From contig CP145419.1 of NCBI GenBank assembly GCA_036867785.1, positions 372,001 to 436,000 of the forward strand: a stretch of DNA of 64,000 nucleotides, given 5' to 3'. The stretch's first letter is position 1; every line of letters begins with the position of its first letter. Shown here in pieces: positions 11,863-23,500 of this stretch. The notes beneath the pieces are model-generated. The model saw only the letters and a list, made by a program, of their open reading frames with translations, was not told where the DNA came from and did not search any database. The position numbers and the translations under genes are program-made. Origin of the DNA: Plasmodiophora brassicae (taxonomy: Eukaryota).

Positions 11863-12719
11863 TCAGTCATTGTCACACGTTCGGGTGTTGCATGAGTACC
11901 CTTTCCGGTCGCTTGAATCCAGTGCTGCTGAATATGCGCCTTGGACGTATTTCAGGAAGGCTACCGGTGGACGATTTACGTGGGATTGCTTCCTCCTGCT
12001 CGTGCTTGTGACGGGTGGGCGTCCTGTGCACGGCGGGTACCTGCAATATGGGTTTTCAGTGGTGCGCCGAGCACGTGCTTGCCGCAGTCGAGCGACCCTG
12101 CGCTCTGGTAGATCGGCCTCGCTGCACATCTTCTTCTTGTACTTCTTCAGGTCTTCGGGAATGTCGAGCTCCTGCTCGGTACTCTGCTTCTTGACCTGAA
12201 GGTGGCCAACAATCAGGACAATGCAGCATCGTGATCTCGGCACACGTGTACCTGGCCGAGGTACCATTGCTTGGACTGAGGGGCGCCGGCTGCTGGCGGA
12301 TCGCCCGCTCGCGCGCGAGCATGCGATCGCGCCAGTTTGGACGCACGCCGAGCAAGAATTTCATCAACGTGCGCCGAGAACTGTGACATGAGACGGCAAC
12401 GTCGTCCAGTCGTTCATTGCCACCCCCACCTGCGATGCCACGAATGGGGAACTGTCTATGTTGCGAATCCGATCCCAGAGCTCGCGCGCGTAACTGGAAC
12501 GGGATTGCTCCGATGACCGCCCTGGTCGCAATGAGCACCCGGTCGCAACGAGGCGCCAATGACCCTGACCCAACCTTTCCCTGTACTCGTCCTCGGTTGC
12601 ATCGACGTCGTCCAGCGCGGCCGTATCGGCTTCGACAGCAGCTTCAGTGGTTCGTCCAGCAGCATCGACAGCGCTGGCGCCGCCGCCTGCACTGGCGCCG
12701 CTGGCGCTGGGTCCTCCAT
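11863..12719 (-). CDS. Hypothetical basic protein; spliced; model uncertain
   Basis: Chain of minus-strand ORFs (12456-12740, 12056-12559, 11863-12267) with plausible GT-AG boundaries. No recognisable domain. Confidence 0.3.
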
Positions 12720-12937
12720 TGTGCCACCCCCCACCCGCACCAGCTGCAGTAAGTAGTACGGGGCATCGATCGTGCAACCGGCCGGGATCTATCGACGTGC
12801 TGTCCTCCCTCTGAACACCCCCTCCCCTGATCGGATCCGATCTGATCCTCCATCACATCTGACGTCATCTCCGTCGACTGCAGTTGCACGTCGCGCAGTC
12901 GCTGCCAAAACGGTGACGCCGTCGGGTGGCTGCAGTC

Positions 12938-14973
12938 ATGTCGGCGGCGGAAATGGCGTCGTTGTCGCCCGACGTCCGGCGACGGCACTCGCACACGGTC
13001 GAGGGAGACGACATCGACGACGCCGACCTGCTGCATTTGCTGAGCGACGACGAGCTTCACCTGGGCGGGGCGTTGTCGCCGGTCGCGACCAGGCAGGCCT
13101 CGGGGATCCCGCTGACGCAGCGCCAGCTGTTCGCCCTCGCTGCGTATTGGTTCGGTACGGATGTGTTGCTGGGTATCGCCTGGCGGCTCGTGGTGATGAT
13201 GGCGTATGTCAGGCTGGGCCGTGCTTTGGATGCCTCTTCTGGTCATTGTGTGAGTAGCGGCGTGTGCCATGTGGCGAATCACAGCGTGTAACTCGGGTTC
13301 GTGTTGCGCAGGTTACCGAAGCAGGTTAGTCAGGTGAGCACTGCCCCGGTGTGTCGCGTGAAGTCAACCGGCATCTGCAGATAGTTGAGATTGCGGGCCC
13401 TGAGAGCAAAGGATCCAACATGAGCTCCATCCTTATGCTCGGGTCGATCGTTTCACTCGTTTGCCTCCCCTTGTTCGGGTCCTTGTCTGATATGAGCACG
13501 CACACCTTCGTACGGTACTCGCGTTTGCTTTCGGCTGTGGAACGTCACTCAGTACTGTGTCTGCAGGGACGGCGGCGACCGTTCATGGTTGCTGGGTGCG
13601 TTACGGCGACAATCTCTTTGGTTGTCATGGGTTATGATCCTCCCATGCCTGTTTATACGTCATGCTTTTTGGTCCTATCAGTCAGCAACAACATGATCAT
13701 TGCTCCATACAGCGCTCTCGTTCCAGACGTGGTGCCTCAGAGTCAGCGAGGTGCTTTTCGCGCATATTTACTATGTTCTCCAGCATGTTGTTTAACAAAG
13801 CGCACAGGTACTGCATCGTCGTGGCTTGGTGCCATGGCCATGCTGGGCTACTTGTTCGGTATGCATCGTGACTGGCTTGAATGACAATGTTTGTTGAGTT
13901 TGACACAGGTGGCTTCCTGACATTCTTCATGACGTCAATGGGGACATTCGGGACACTCCTTCTACTCAACGTATTTCACGCGTTGGCGCTGTACGTCACT
14001 GTGAAGTACACCGACGAGGTGCAATTTAAGCCGCCTGTGTCATCGGCAACTATTATCACACCTCGGAGGACGCCGTTTGGAAGCATTGCTGCTACGGTGG
14101 TGTCGTTTATCGCACCACTCAGAAGGCATGACTTTCGACTTTTATTTATTACCCGGTTCATGACGCAAAGTATGTCCACCGAGTGGGAGCAGTTCGTACG
14201 CCCTGGTCAACTAACTGTCGCTTATGCAGTGGTAGTCCGCTCGTCGGTTACGGTCCCGCTGGGTGAGAGTTCTGACTGCCAGCCACTCGTTAGGGAATTG
14301 CTACGGTCCAAGAATTTCTTTCCTTTTTCGTGTCGGATGCGGTCGTTCGCCCTTTCCTCTTTCGAGGTTCCGTGGTCGCGACGTCGCCTTCCGAAGCTGT
14401 GGCAATCATGTTCATTCCTATGCTTTTGGGCGCGCTGCTCACGTCGTCATTGTCCGGGGTTGTCTCGAATGCTCTTGGCGGCAAGCGGAAAGTTATCGTG
14501 TATTGGTCCGGCGGTCTTATGGCTACCGGCTGTCTCTTCTTGATGGTATCAAGAGAGTTCACGGCAGTGCTGTTTGCTGCCGGAGTCTTTGGATGTGGCT
14601 ATGGAGCGTTTACCGCTGTTGACTGGGCTTTAGCAACAGGTATCCTTTGCTGCGTACGATGGGATGATGCGCTGACGGCTGCTGGGTCAGACCTTTTGGA
14701 AGACGACAAGGAGTACGCCAAAGACATGGCGGTCTGGGGCATTGCCATGGTCCTTCCCAATCTAGCCATGCCATTGGTATTGCCGTTATCGCAGCGCTGC
14801 CTTCATGGGATGTTGACACGATTGCGACATTTACTTAGGTTGGTGGGCTACTGGACTACGTCCAACGACTTTCGCCGGTCAATACGCTTGGCTACTCCTT
14901 GGTATGGTTCATCGCCGCCGTAGAGTTTACTGCAGGAAGTTATTTGGTCAAATTCATCTACAAAATTCAATAA
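12938..14973 (+). CDS. Major facilitator superfamily transporter (SLC45/GPH sugar-transporter-like); multi-intron
   Basis: MFS motif A as PLFGSLSD...|GRRRPF, APYSALVPDVVPQSQRG|TASSW, and SGVVSNALGGKRK in the second half. Multiple TM segments; last exon ends ...LVKFIYKIQ* at 14973. Confidence 0.85.
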
Positions 14974-15182
14974 ATCCGGACAGTCTGGCAAACAGATCTC
15001 GAGGCAGGTCCATGAGGTGCCAACCTCCGTATTTAGCACGGAATGTTCCTGGTTCCCTGGAATGTTCCTGATGTCGTGCGCACGGTAAATACTTACCTAT
15101 TTGCTCGGCTATCACACCGGATCGGGGAAATAGACACAGATCATTCCCGTCGCACTCGCGTGAGTTCGTTCGCTCCCAAGAG

Positions 15183-15489
15183 GATCGACGACCTGGTTGC
15201 ATATGAACGCAGCCACTGCACGATCGACACGATGGAATGGGTTAGCAATTCCTACGCACGTGCATGACTGTGACTCAGCCCGGCTGGCTTGAGCGGGCAA
15301 ACTGCTTCCCGTCGCATCAACAACGCCCTGGACCAGGCAGGGCTATCTGCTTTCCTCACCGAAGAGGCAATTTGCCCGCGCAAGCCAGCCGGGCTGAGTC
15401 ACAGTCATGCAGGTGCGTAGGAATTGCTAACGCATTCCGCCGTGTCGATCGTGCAGTGGCTGCGTTCATATGCAACCAGATCGTCAATC
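15183..15489. repeat. Long inverted repeat: 123-bp arms (15183-15305 and 15367-15489) with a 61-nt spacer and few mismatches
   Basis: The arms are reverse complements. The ORF track shows nearly the same peptide on both strands (PAQASRAESQSC[T/R]CVGIAN[P/A]F[H/R]RVDRAVAAFICNQ). Confidence 0.95.
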
Positions 15490-16390
15490 AATGTACGGTG
15501 GAGGCAACGGCTTTCTCATCAGCACGTCATCTGTTCGCCCATCTCGACCGCGAATATGGTTCAGGACGTCCGAAGATCAAGCGCAGCCTCGTCCTTGAGC
15601 AGCACACCCGACCCGACCGGGTCGACCATCCAACGACCCCGGAAAAGCTCAAGACCTTCATTGTCCAGGTAGACGACATCCAGGCACGTCTCGCCGATCT
15701 CGGCGAACCGTTGTCGCCGGAGGACGCGGCTTTAAAGATCATCGCCAAGTTCGAAGATCATAATCGGCGCGCACCGGCGCTGATGTCTCAGAACCTGTCC
15801 TGAGACTCTTGCGTCGTCGTCCAGCGCAAAGGCCAAGAATCCTGTCAAGTGCCCACGTGACGCACAGCAGGGGGGCGCGATCGTCATGCTCTTTCTGTGG
15901 CATTCCAGGCCACGAAGATGCTGAGTGTCGCCACCGCAAGAAGGCCTTCGAGCACCTTAAGGCACAGCGTTCCAAGAAAGCGCAAGCCAAGCCAAAGTCA
16001 CCCAACGGCCAGGTTGTAAAGGCCATCAATATCACTGACGTGTTCGGTGAGATCCCCAATACACCAGACATGGTTGATGCCTACCCCTATGACTTCGCCA
16101 CTACCTTTAACTCGCCACCCAAGCCCAGTTGCGACATGCCAGTCGCCAGTGGTGGTTCGCAGGCAGTAGGCACATGCAGTCGCAATACCCTTGTCGGTGA
16201 CAACACAACACCGAGCGTTGACACACCCGCCGGTGTCGACAGGCTATGCGCAATGACGGCCGGCCATAGCGCACCGCCATCTCGCTACGACATTGTGGTC
16301 GACAGCGGTGCAACTTTAAACACGTTGCAGGAAATCGTTCCTGGTTCAAACAATACGAACCCACGAACGGTGCAGCCGTGTGACAACTGA
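15367..16390 (+). mobile_element. Degenerate Ty1/copia LTR-retrotransposon remnant (gag, CCHC knuckle, protease start); integrase and RT absent
   Basis: Gag-like SSARHLFAHLDREYG...FIVQVDDIQARLADLGEPLSPEDAALKII, zinc knuckle CSFCGIPGHEDAEC (CX2CX4HX4C) and aspartic protease motif IVVDSGAT. Stop plus frame change at about 15800. Confidence 0.8.
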
Positions 16391-16514
16391 ATCCGTAAAG
16401 CGGGCACGTACACTGCCGACACGTTACGAAATTTCCGGCAATGTTCACGGGTCCCCCTGCATTCTGCAAGAGCAGTGGTGCATGTACATTGGAAAAGAGA
16501 GCGTCCCGCCCACC

Positions 16515-19500
16515 TCAGGGGGCAAACTCTGCGTTCAGCGAATGAGCAATGAATCCGAATATTTCGGCGTATTCCTGGATGGTCTTCTCCAGAGGTTTCC
16601 CAGCACCATGGCCCGCCTTCCTGTCGATGCGGATCAAAAGCGGCGCGCGCTGACTGTGTCGTGACCCGATGCGATGTTGAAGTTCGGCGGCGAGCTTGAA
16701 GGAATGCAGAGGGACAACGCGATCATCGTGATCAGCTGTACAGAGTAGCATTGACGGGTATGCCGCATCCTGAATGTTCGTTGAACATCGTTGCGGATTA
16801 GGGTGCAGGACGAATCTTACCGCCCTGCCGACATTGTGAAGCGGGGAGTACGCCAGTATACTCTTGAACTCTCTGCACATGGAAACGAGTGAGTACAGAA
16901 GGGAACAAACTGATTTGGTCACCAGTGACGAACTGTTCGTTGGTCTCGGCATTCCCATAGTCGGATGTCCTACCAGGCAGAATCTTGAGAAACTATCGCA
17001 GGAGAGAAACCCAAGCGCGTATATACCAAGCGTATCCGATGGTGAACTTATGGAATCGCAACATATCCATGACACCGACCTGGGCCACAGCGCACCCAAA
17101 CAGGTCAGGGCGCTGGTTCACGCATGCTGCGACCAGCAGGCCTACACACCTCAGGTGAGACCTGTGGCCGGCACACCATGCATCAGCACGATACCTCCAT
17201 TAGAACCGCCCATAATTCCCAAGGTTGACGGCGACGCAATGCTGCGTTTGACCAGGTACTGTGCCGCTGCTTGAAAGTCATCGAACACGTTCTGTTTCCT
17301 GAGAACTCGTCACCGCTGTGAGAAAATAACGCACAGAAATACGACACGAATACCTTTGCTTGGTACCAGCCTGGTGCCACTGCTCGCCATACTCACCACC
17401 ACCCCGCAAGTTGGCGATGGCATACGCACCATGGCAATGTTGCACAAACACTAGCTTGAGGACGCTGGCAGTAGTTGTCAGTCCGATGCAACATATACAC
17501 GATCTGCGCTAACCTGAATGAGGGCGCCAGAGAGATGTTGAAACCGCCGTATCCATCTGAGCAGTCAGGATTACAATCGGGAGCAGGAAACAGCAGGAAA
17601 TCACTAACAGAGTAACGTCGGACGAGGGTCACTACTTGTATCGTCTTTCCTGTCATGTACAAACTCGAGCGTCAATGGCGTCGTTATAGACAAACGGATG
17701 AGCCCACTTGCCTGGTAATGATAAACATCGGAATCCTGGTACCGTCCTTGCTGTTGTAGAATACCTGTTCCGTTTTGAAGATCGACAGGTCTAGCCCGGG
17801 GACAACCGTCTCCTTCCATTTCTTTGATGAGAATGATGTGGTGTCGAAATGGAACACCACGCCGGCATCAACAAACTGGATATAGAAACGACCGGTCAGA
17901 ACACAGCAGCGTCAGGCCCTACCACAATACTGTGTACCGAAGTGAACTTGTAGAACACATCGGTGCTATCGGAACGGCCATGGATGTCCTACGTGAGTTG
18001 TAAGCAACGAGGGTCCAGAAACGACGTACGCAATCGTACCGAAACTTCGCCAACTGTCGGCAACGTTATCTCATGAAGCCGCCGACCTGAATAATCGACA
18101 ACAATGCACTTCGAAGTAACATCGTGGAGGTATTTGAGGAACAGGGTTGAACCGCAGGCAACCGCAGATTCCAGAACATCCGTTGTGGATTGCGGCACGA
18201 CTTCCTGCATACGCGGGAAATGACTTGATCCATCGGCCGCAGGACTACTGGCTGTGAATCGCCAATTCCACTCCCACCGATAACGGCCTACCTTGACAAG
18301 TCGATGGAAACGATGCGGTATCGATCGGCCTCAGCGTTCGTCTTGAGGATCAGCGTGTTCTTCTGATTCGTTATGTAGGCGAACTGTTTCTCGATCACGT
18401 CCACCAGCTTAATAAACGAGCTGCATGCGCTCTCGGTTAACATAGACCTTCCAAATAGGTAATACGCACTTACAGACGACGTGTCCTTGGAAAATCGTCA
18501 AGCGGGGCGACGTAGAGCTTATTGGCGGGGTCACACGACTCGCCGATGGACAAAATCGCATACGAGCCGCAGTCGGACACCTCAATCGAGAACATATGCT
18601 CAGGATGGTCCTGATCGCTGTAAATGAGAACGTCCTCGGACTGGTCGGTCCCCACAGCATGGTAGTAGACAAGCTGGTTCTTGGCCTCGCTGACTTCAGT
18701 TCTGACGGCACGAAATGAGATACAAAGAAAAGGGGCGGGATGGATGAACCGAGACCACACCCAAGCGAATCACCCGACGTTTTCGGCTCGGCATATCGGC
18801 AACTATAATTCGAGCGTGCTTAGTGAAAAGAGAGCAGAGTAACGCGATTAGCAATCGTACTAGAAGAAGCCGCGGTTGTCGTGCGTCCAGTCAATGGAGG
18901 AGAACTTGACATACTGGATGCAATCGGACAAGGGCTCCGCTGGGGACTCCACATCGAGGACCTTGATGGTTCGCCAGTCCGAACCGGACGTCGACAACGC
19001 GTAAGCTAAGAACCGCCCGTCTTTCGATATCCCCGTCTGCATTAAAGCCACCGTTCCTGTCCATTCGTGCATGCATCAACGTCGGGCTGCCCGTGACACC
19101 GACGCCAACCGACCATCATCAGACAGCAAATTGGGGTCGATCAGTACGTCCGCCTCTGTCGACGCATCGCCCCGGTACATGTACAGAACAGATTGGTTCT
19201 GGAGACCAGAATTGCGGTACTGAAACCAGCTGCCGCGACTCAATGAGATCTCTCATGCAGAGTGGCCGCGTGGCTGACGTTCTCTACCGTGTGCCGTACT
19301 GGAACGGCGCTGAGAACCGAGGATAGTTCCACACTTCCTTGAACCGCCCTTTGAACTGGTCGACAAGCGTCGCGCAATGCGCGCCCATGTACTTGTCGGT
19401 CAGCGCCACCTGCCGGTTGATCCTGGCGTGACAGAATACTCGTCAGCGTCAACGACGACCGCGGCGCACGCCCCTGCGAATCGCATACCAGTCCTGGGTC

Positions 19501-19616
19501 TCGTCGGACTCCACATCCTCCAGCCACCGATACGGATCCGGCACCGATTGCCCATGGTACGCCACGGCGCAGCCCGTGTCGCGACGCGCATCTGGATACG
19601 CCAGCGCCCCCGTCAT
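16515..19616 (-). CDS. PREP: Prolyl oligopeptidase (peptidase S9A); many introns
   Basis: N-terminal YPDARRD...[10 protein letters not shown], beta-propeller [10 protein letters not shown], catalytic Ser IMGGSNGG, Asp [12 protein letters not shown] and His KAGHGAGKP. Confidence 0.95.
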
Positions 19617-19842
19617 TGCTCGCGACGCGTCAACCAGCCCCCGTCGGGCCGCCGATACTCGCTGCAGACAACGCAGCAACGATCGCGAAATGATGCGACG
19701 GGTCCCGCCGAAATCTGTTCTGACCGGACTTGGGCGCGCGCCAACAACAACAAAAACCAATGCCCAGACACGATCGGGGTTTTCCGCCCAACGCCATGAG
19801 GTGGGTGTCGGGTCTACTTCTACCTGTACAGTGTAGTTCGTA

Positions 19843-20330
19843 TTATTCGGCGGGTAGGTGGTCTCTGGCGACCTGATCGAGGCTGGCACGTGCACAGCAG
19901 TGCAGCAGGCGTTGGAGGACGGCGGGGTCGTCGCGGTCGTTGTTGTGGGCGAGGCGCGCGGCATCGCACGACGGGCTGGTGGCGTGGTCCCGGAGCAGGT
20001 CGTCGATCGCCGTGGACTCGCAGCGGCCGATGCAGGACTGGAGCGCGGCGCGCTCCTTGTCACAGGCGGCGTCGTCGCCGCCGGCGCCGCTGCAGATTTC
20101 CAGCTGGCGAATCCTGTCCTGGCACTTCTGGACCATCGCCAGCGTCAGCGCCAATCCGATCTCCGCCTCTGCCAGACGACCGGTCAGGGCTAGAGGGCCG
20201 CTGGCGACCGATTCCCGACCCGGCGCGCACCTGTCCTGTCCGCAGGCGACAACTTCGTGTTCAGGTGCAGATGAGCGCGGCTGTCAACGATCTCCTTCAC
20301 GTAGCCATCAATCGGCGTCGACGACGACAT
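19843..20330 (-). CDS. Small twin-CX9C (CHCH-like) protein; one intron
   Basis: [15 protein letters not shown]...DRT joins in frame (intron about 20170-20231) to [46 protein letters not shown], which gives two CX9C motifs. Confidence 0.5.
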
Positions 20331-20598
20331 TAGCACAGCGCAGCAAAAAGAAACGGACGACGTCACTGGTACGCCAGTGGCGCCCCGGCTGCCAGCGTCC
20401 GCCTCATTGCGGGCGCTGTTGGACCGCTGGCGACACTGGTTCATCTCCGTTCTTCTCATAGTCGAACCGGCCGGTCGGAACATGCCTCGTGCAAGACAAT
20501 GAACGCGCGCGTATGTGTATTGCCCTTTGGTGCCTTTAGCAGTGCAGAGTGTCGACACGAAACCGTACGTAGGGGTTGATCGGATCGGCCCCGGCGTG

Positions 20599-23500
20599 TC
20601 ATTTCCGGGATGGCTTTGCAGGCGTCGAACCGTCGTTGCCGTCTCCAGGATCGGCGATCTTGTCCTCGACGGTCTCGGCAATCATCGCCGACGTGGTTAA
20701 AGCATTCATACCCGATTCGGCTTCGAGCGTCTGCAGGCTCACGCCCGATAACGCCTTACCAACCTGCCGGACGCGCTCAGCTACGTGTCGGTACGATGCT
20801 CGATACGCGACCTCACCTGTGGAGCCGCGCTCGATGCTGAACGCAGTGCCTGCTGCTGGATGGCGTTCAGATCGGCGCCCCAGTGTTGCGATGCCACACT
20901 GGATTCCAGTTTCGACCCGTGCTGGATGATATAGTTCAGGTCAGGGGAGTTCGCTTGCTGCCGCATCGTGTCCAGGTCGACACGCGACAGCTCCGACGTG
21001 GCAAGGTTGACCCCTGAAGACGCTAGGTATCTGGCCTGCTGGGCGATCCCACTAGCGTTGGCATGGTCAGCCTGTGCGGACAAGAAACCAGCGCCCTGGG
21101 TGGCCCGTTGTGCCACGCCGTCCACATTGACTCGGGATCCCGTCAGCTGTTGCCCGATACCGCTGACGTCAACCTGATGGTGGATGGTGCTGTGGTCGAT
21201 CTGTGATACCGCCTGGGACGCCAGGCCCACAGCTTGCTGATGAGCGGCCTCGATATCGCTCCTGGTTGCGTATGACGCTCCAGTAGAAGCCAGGTGATCA
21301 GCTTGGTGCCGGATGGCATTGACGTCAATTTGGGACGCTTGCGACGACGCGGACGACGCCAGACCGGCCGCTTGCTGCCTGGCAGCGTCTAGGTCGACGT
21401 GTTGAGCTTGCGACAGGGTAGCAGACGCGAGTGACCCCGCTTGCTGTCGCATCGCCTCGACATCGACATCCGCAGCGGCGCCCTGCGCCAGGTGCAGAGC
21501 GTGACTCCCCAGGGACCCGAGGTCGACCTGCCCGGATTGAGCGGTGGCGAACCCCATGCCAGTAGACGCCAGCGATGTGGCCTGCTGTCCTATCGCGTTC
21601 ACGTCGACGCGTGACGATTCCGAGGCGACCGCTGATAGTCCTGCAGACGTCAGCTCGGTGGCGCGGTGACGAATGGCCTCGACGTCCACGTGTCCGCTTT
21701 GAGCAGCGGCAGCTGATGCTAACGATGCGGCATGCTGACGTGCGGTATCGAGGTCTACCCGCCCAGATTGGCCTGCGACGACAGACGCCAGATGGGCAGC
21801 GTTCTGTCGCAGCGCGTCGAGGTCGACCTGGCCGCCATGCGATCCTGCTGCTGCAAGAAGCTGTTGCTGAACGGCAGAAAGGTCCACATGTCCACCTTGT
21901 GCAGCGGCAGACGACGCTAATGAGGCAGCGTGCTGTCGCAGAGCGTCGAGATCAGGTTGCCCCGAGTTCAACGACGCTGTACTCGCCAGGCGGGCAGCGT
22001 GTTGACGAACGGCTTCGATGTCGACGTGGCCGCCTTGTGATGCAGCAGCCGCTGTTAGCGATGCAGCATGCTGCTGAACGGCGGAAAGGTCCAGGTGCCC
22101 ACTTTGTGCAGCGGCAGCGGATGCCAACGCGGTCGCATGCTGTCGAACCGCATCAAGATCGGTGTGGGCACTTTGTGACGCGGCTGACGCTGCCAAAGCC
22201 CCAGCGTGATGTTGAACGGCGGAGAGGTCTAGGTGTCCTCCGGTGCTGGACGCCAGCGCGGCGACGTGCTGACGAGCCGAATCGAGATCGATACGGGCAG
22301 CCTGGGAGGCGGCGCTCGCCGCTAAGGATGTGGCGTGCTGCTGTACGGCGGAAAGGTCGACGTGCCGACTTTGTGCAGCGACACCGGACAGGACGCCGTC
22401 GACGCCGAGTTGATGTCCTCGTGACGCGGCGGACGCTGCCAACGATGTCACATGCTGCTGAGCAGCGGAGACGTCCAGCTGCCCGCCTTGGGCAGCGATG
22501 CCCGACGCCACAGCTCCAGCACGTTGCCGGGCAGCATCGAGATCGACTTGCCCGAGCCGGGACGCTCCTGCAGACGCCAAATGTGCACCGTGCTGTCGGA
22601 CAGTGTCCAGGTCAACGTGGCCACCTTGCGATGCGGCACCAGCTGCAAGAGAGGCAGCATGCTGTTGAACAGCAGACAGGTCTACTTGGGCGGGGCCAGC
22701 TGAGGCTAACGATGCGGCATGCTGCCTGATCGTATCTAGATCGACGTGCGCGCCTTGTGACGCGGCAGTCGACGCTAGGGAAGCGGCATGCTGCTGGATG
22801 GCAGAAAGGTCGACTTGCGCGCCCTGGGTGGCGGCAGACGACGCCAAAGAGGAGACGTACTGCCGAGCGTGGTCCACATCTACTCGCCCAGATTGGTCGA
22901 CGGCGGCAGAGGCCAACTGGGCAGCGTGCTGTCGAACACCGTCGAGGTCGACGTGTCCACTTTGTGACGCGACGCTCGCTGCCAACGAGGCAGCATGTTG
23001 TTGGGCGCTAGATAGGTCCACATGCCCAGCCTGCGTAGCAGAGAATGCTGCCAGAGACGCGGCATGCTGCCGGGCAGCGTCGAGGTCAACGCGTCCAGTC
23101 TGGGAAGCGGCGACCGAGGCCAGATGCGAAGCGTGCTGTCGAGCACTGGCAAGGTCGACGTGACCGCCTTGTGACGCGGCGCCTGCTGCCAGTGATGCAG
23201 CATGCTGCTGAACAGCGGATAGGTCCAAGTGGTCACCTTGGGCAGCGGCCGAGGACGCAAGAGACGCAGCGTGTTGTCCAGCGACGCTCAGGTCAACGTG
23301 GTCCGCCTGAGCAGCAGCGGCAGACGCAAACGACGCCGCCTGCCGTTGCACAGCCTTCAGATCAACGTGTCCACCCTGTGAAGCAGCCGCAGAGGCTATG
23401 GCCGACGCGTGTTGCTGGATGGCGTTCAAATCCACATGTCCAGCCTGGGAAGTAACCGCTGCCGCCACGCCAGCAGCATGCTGTCTGGCAGCATCCAGAT

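Noticed and set aside
15040-15070. 12-nt direct repeat ggaatgttcctg near the copia remnant
   Set aside because: Too short and does not flank the element, so it cannot be called an LTR end or target-site duplication.
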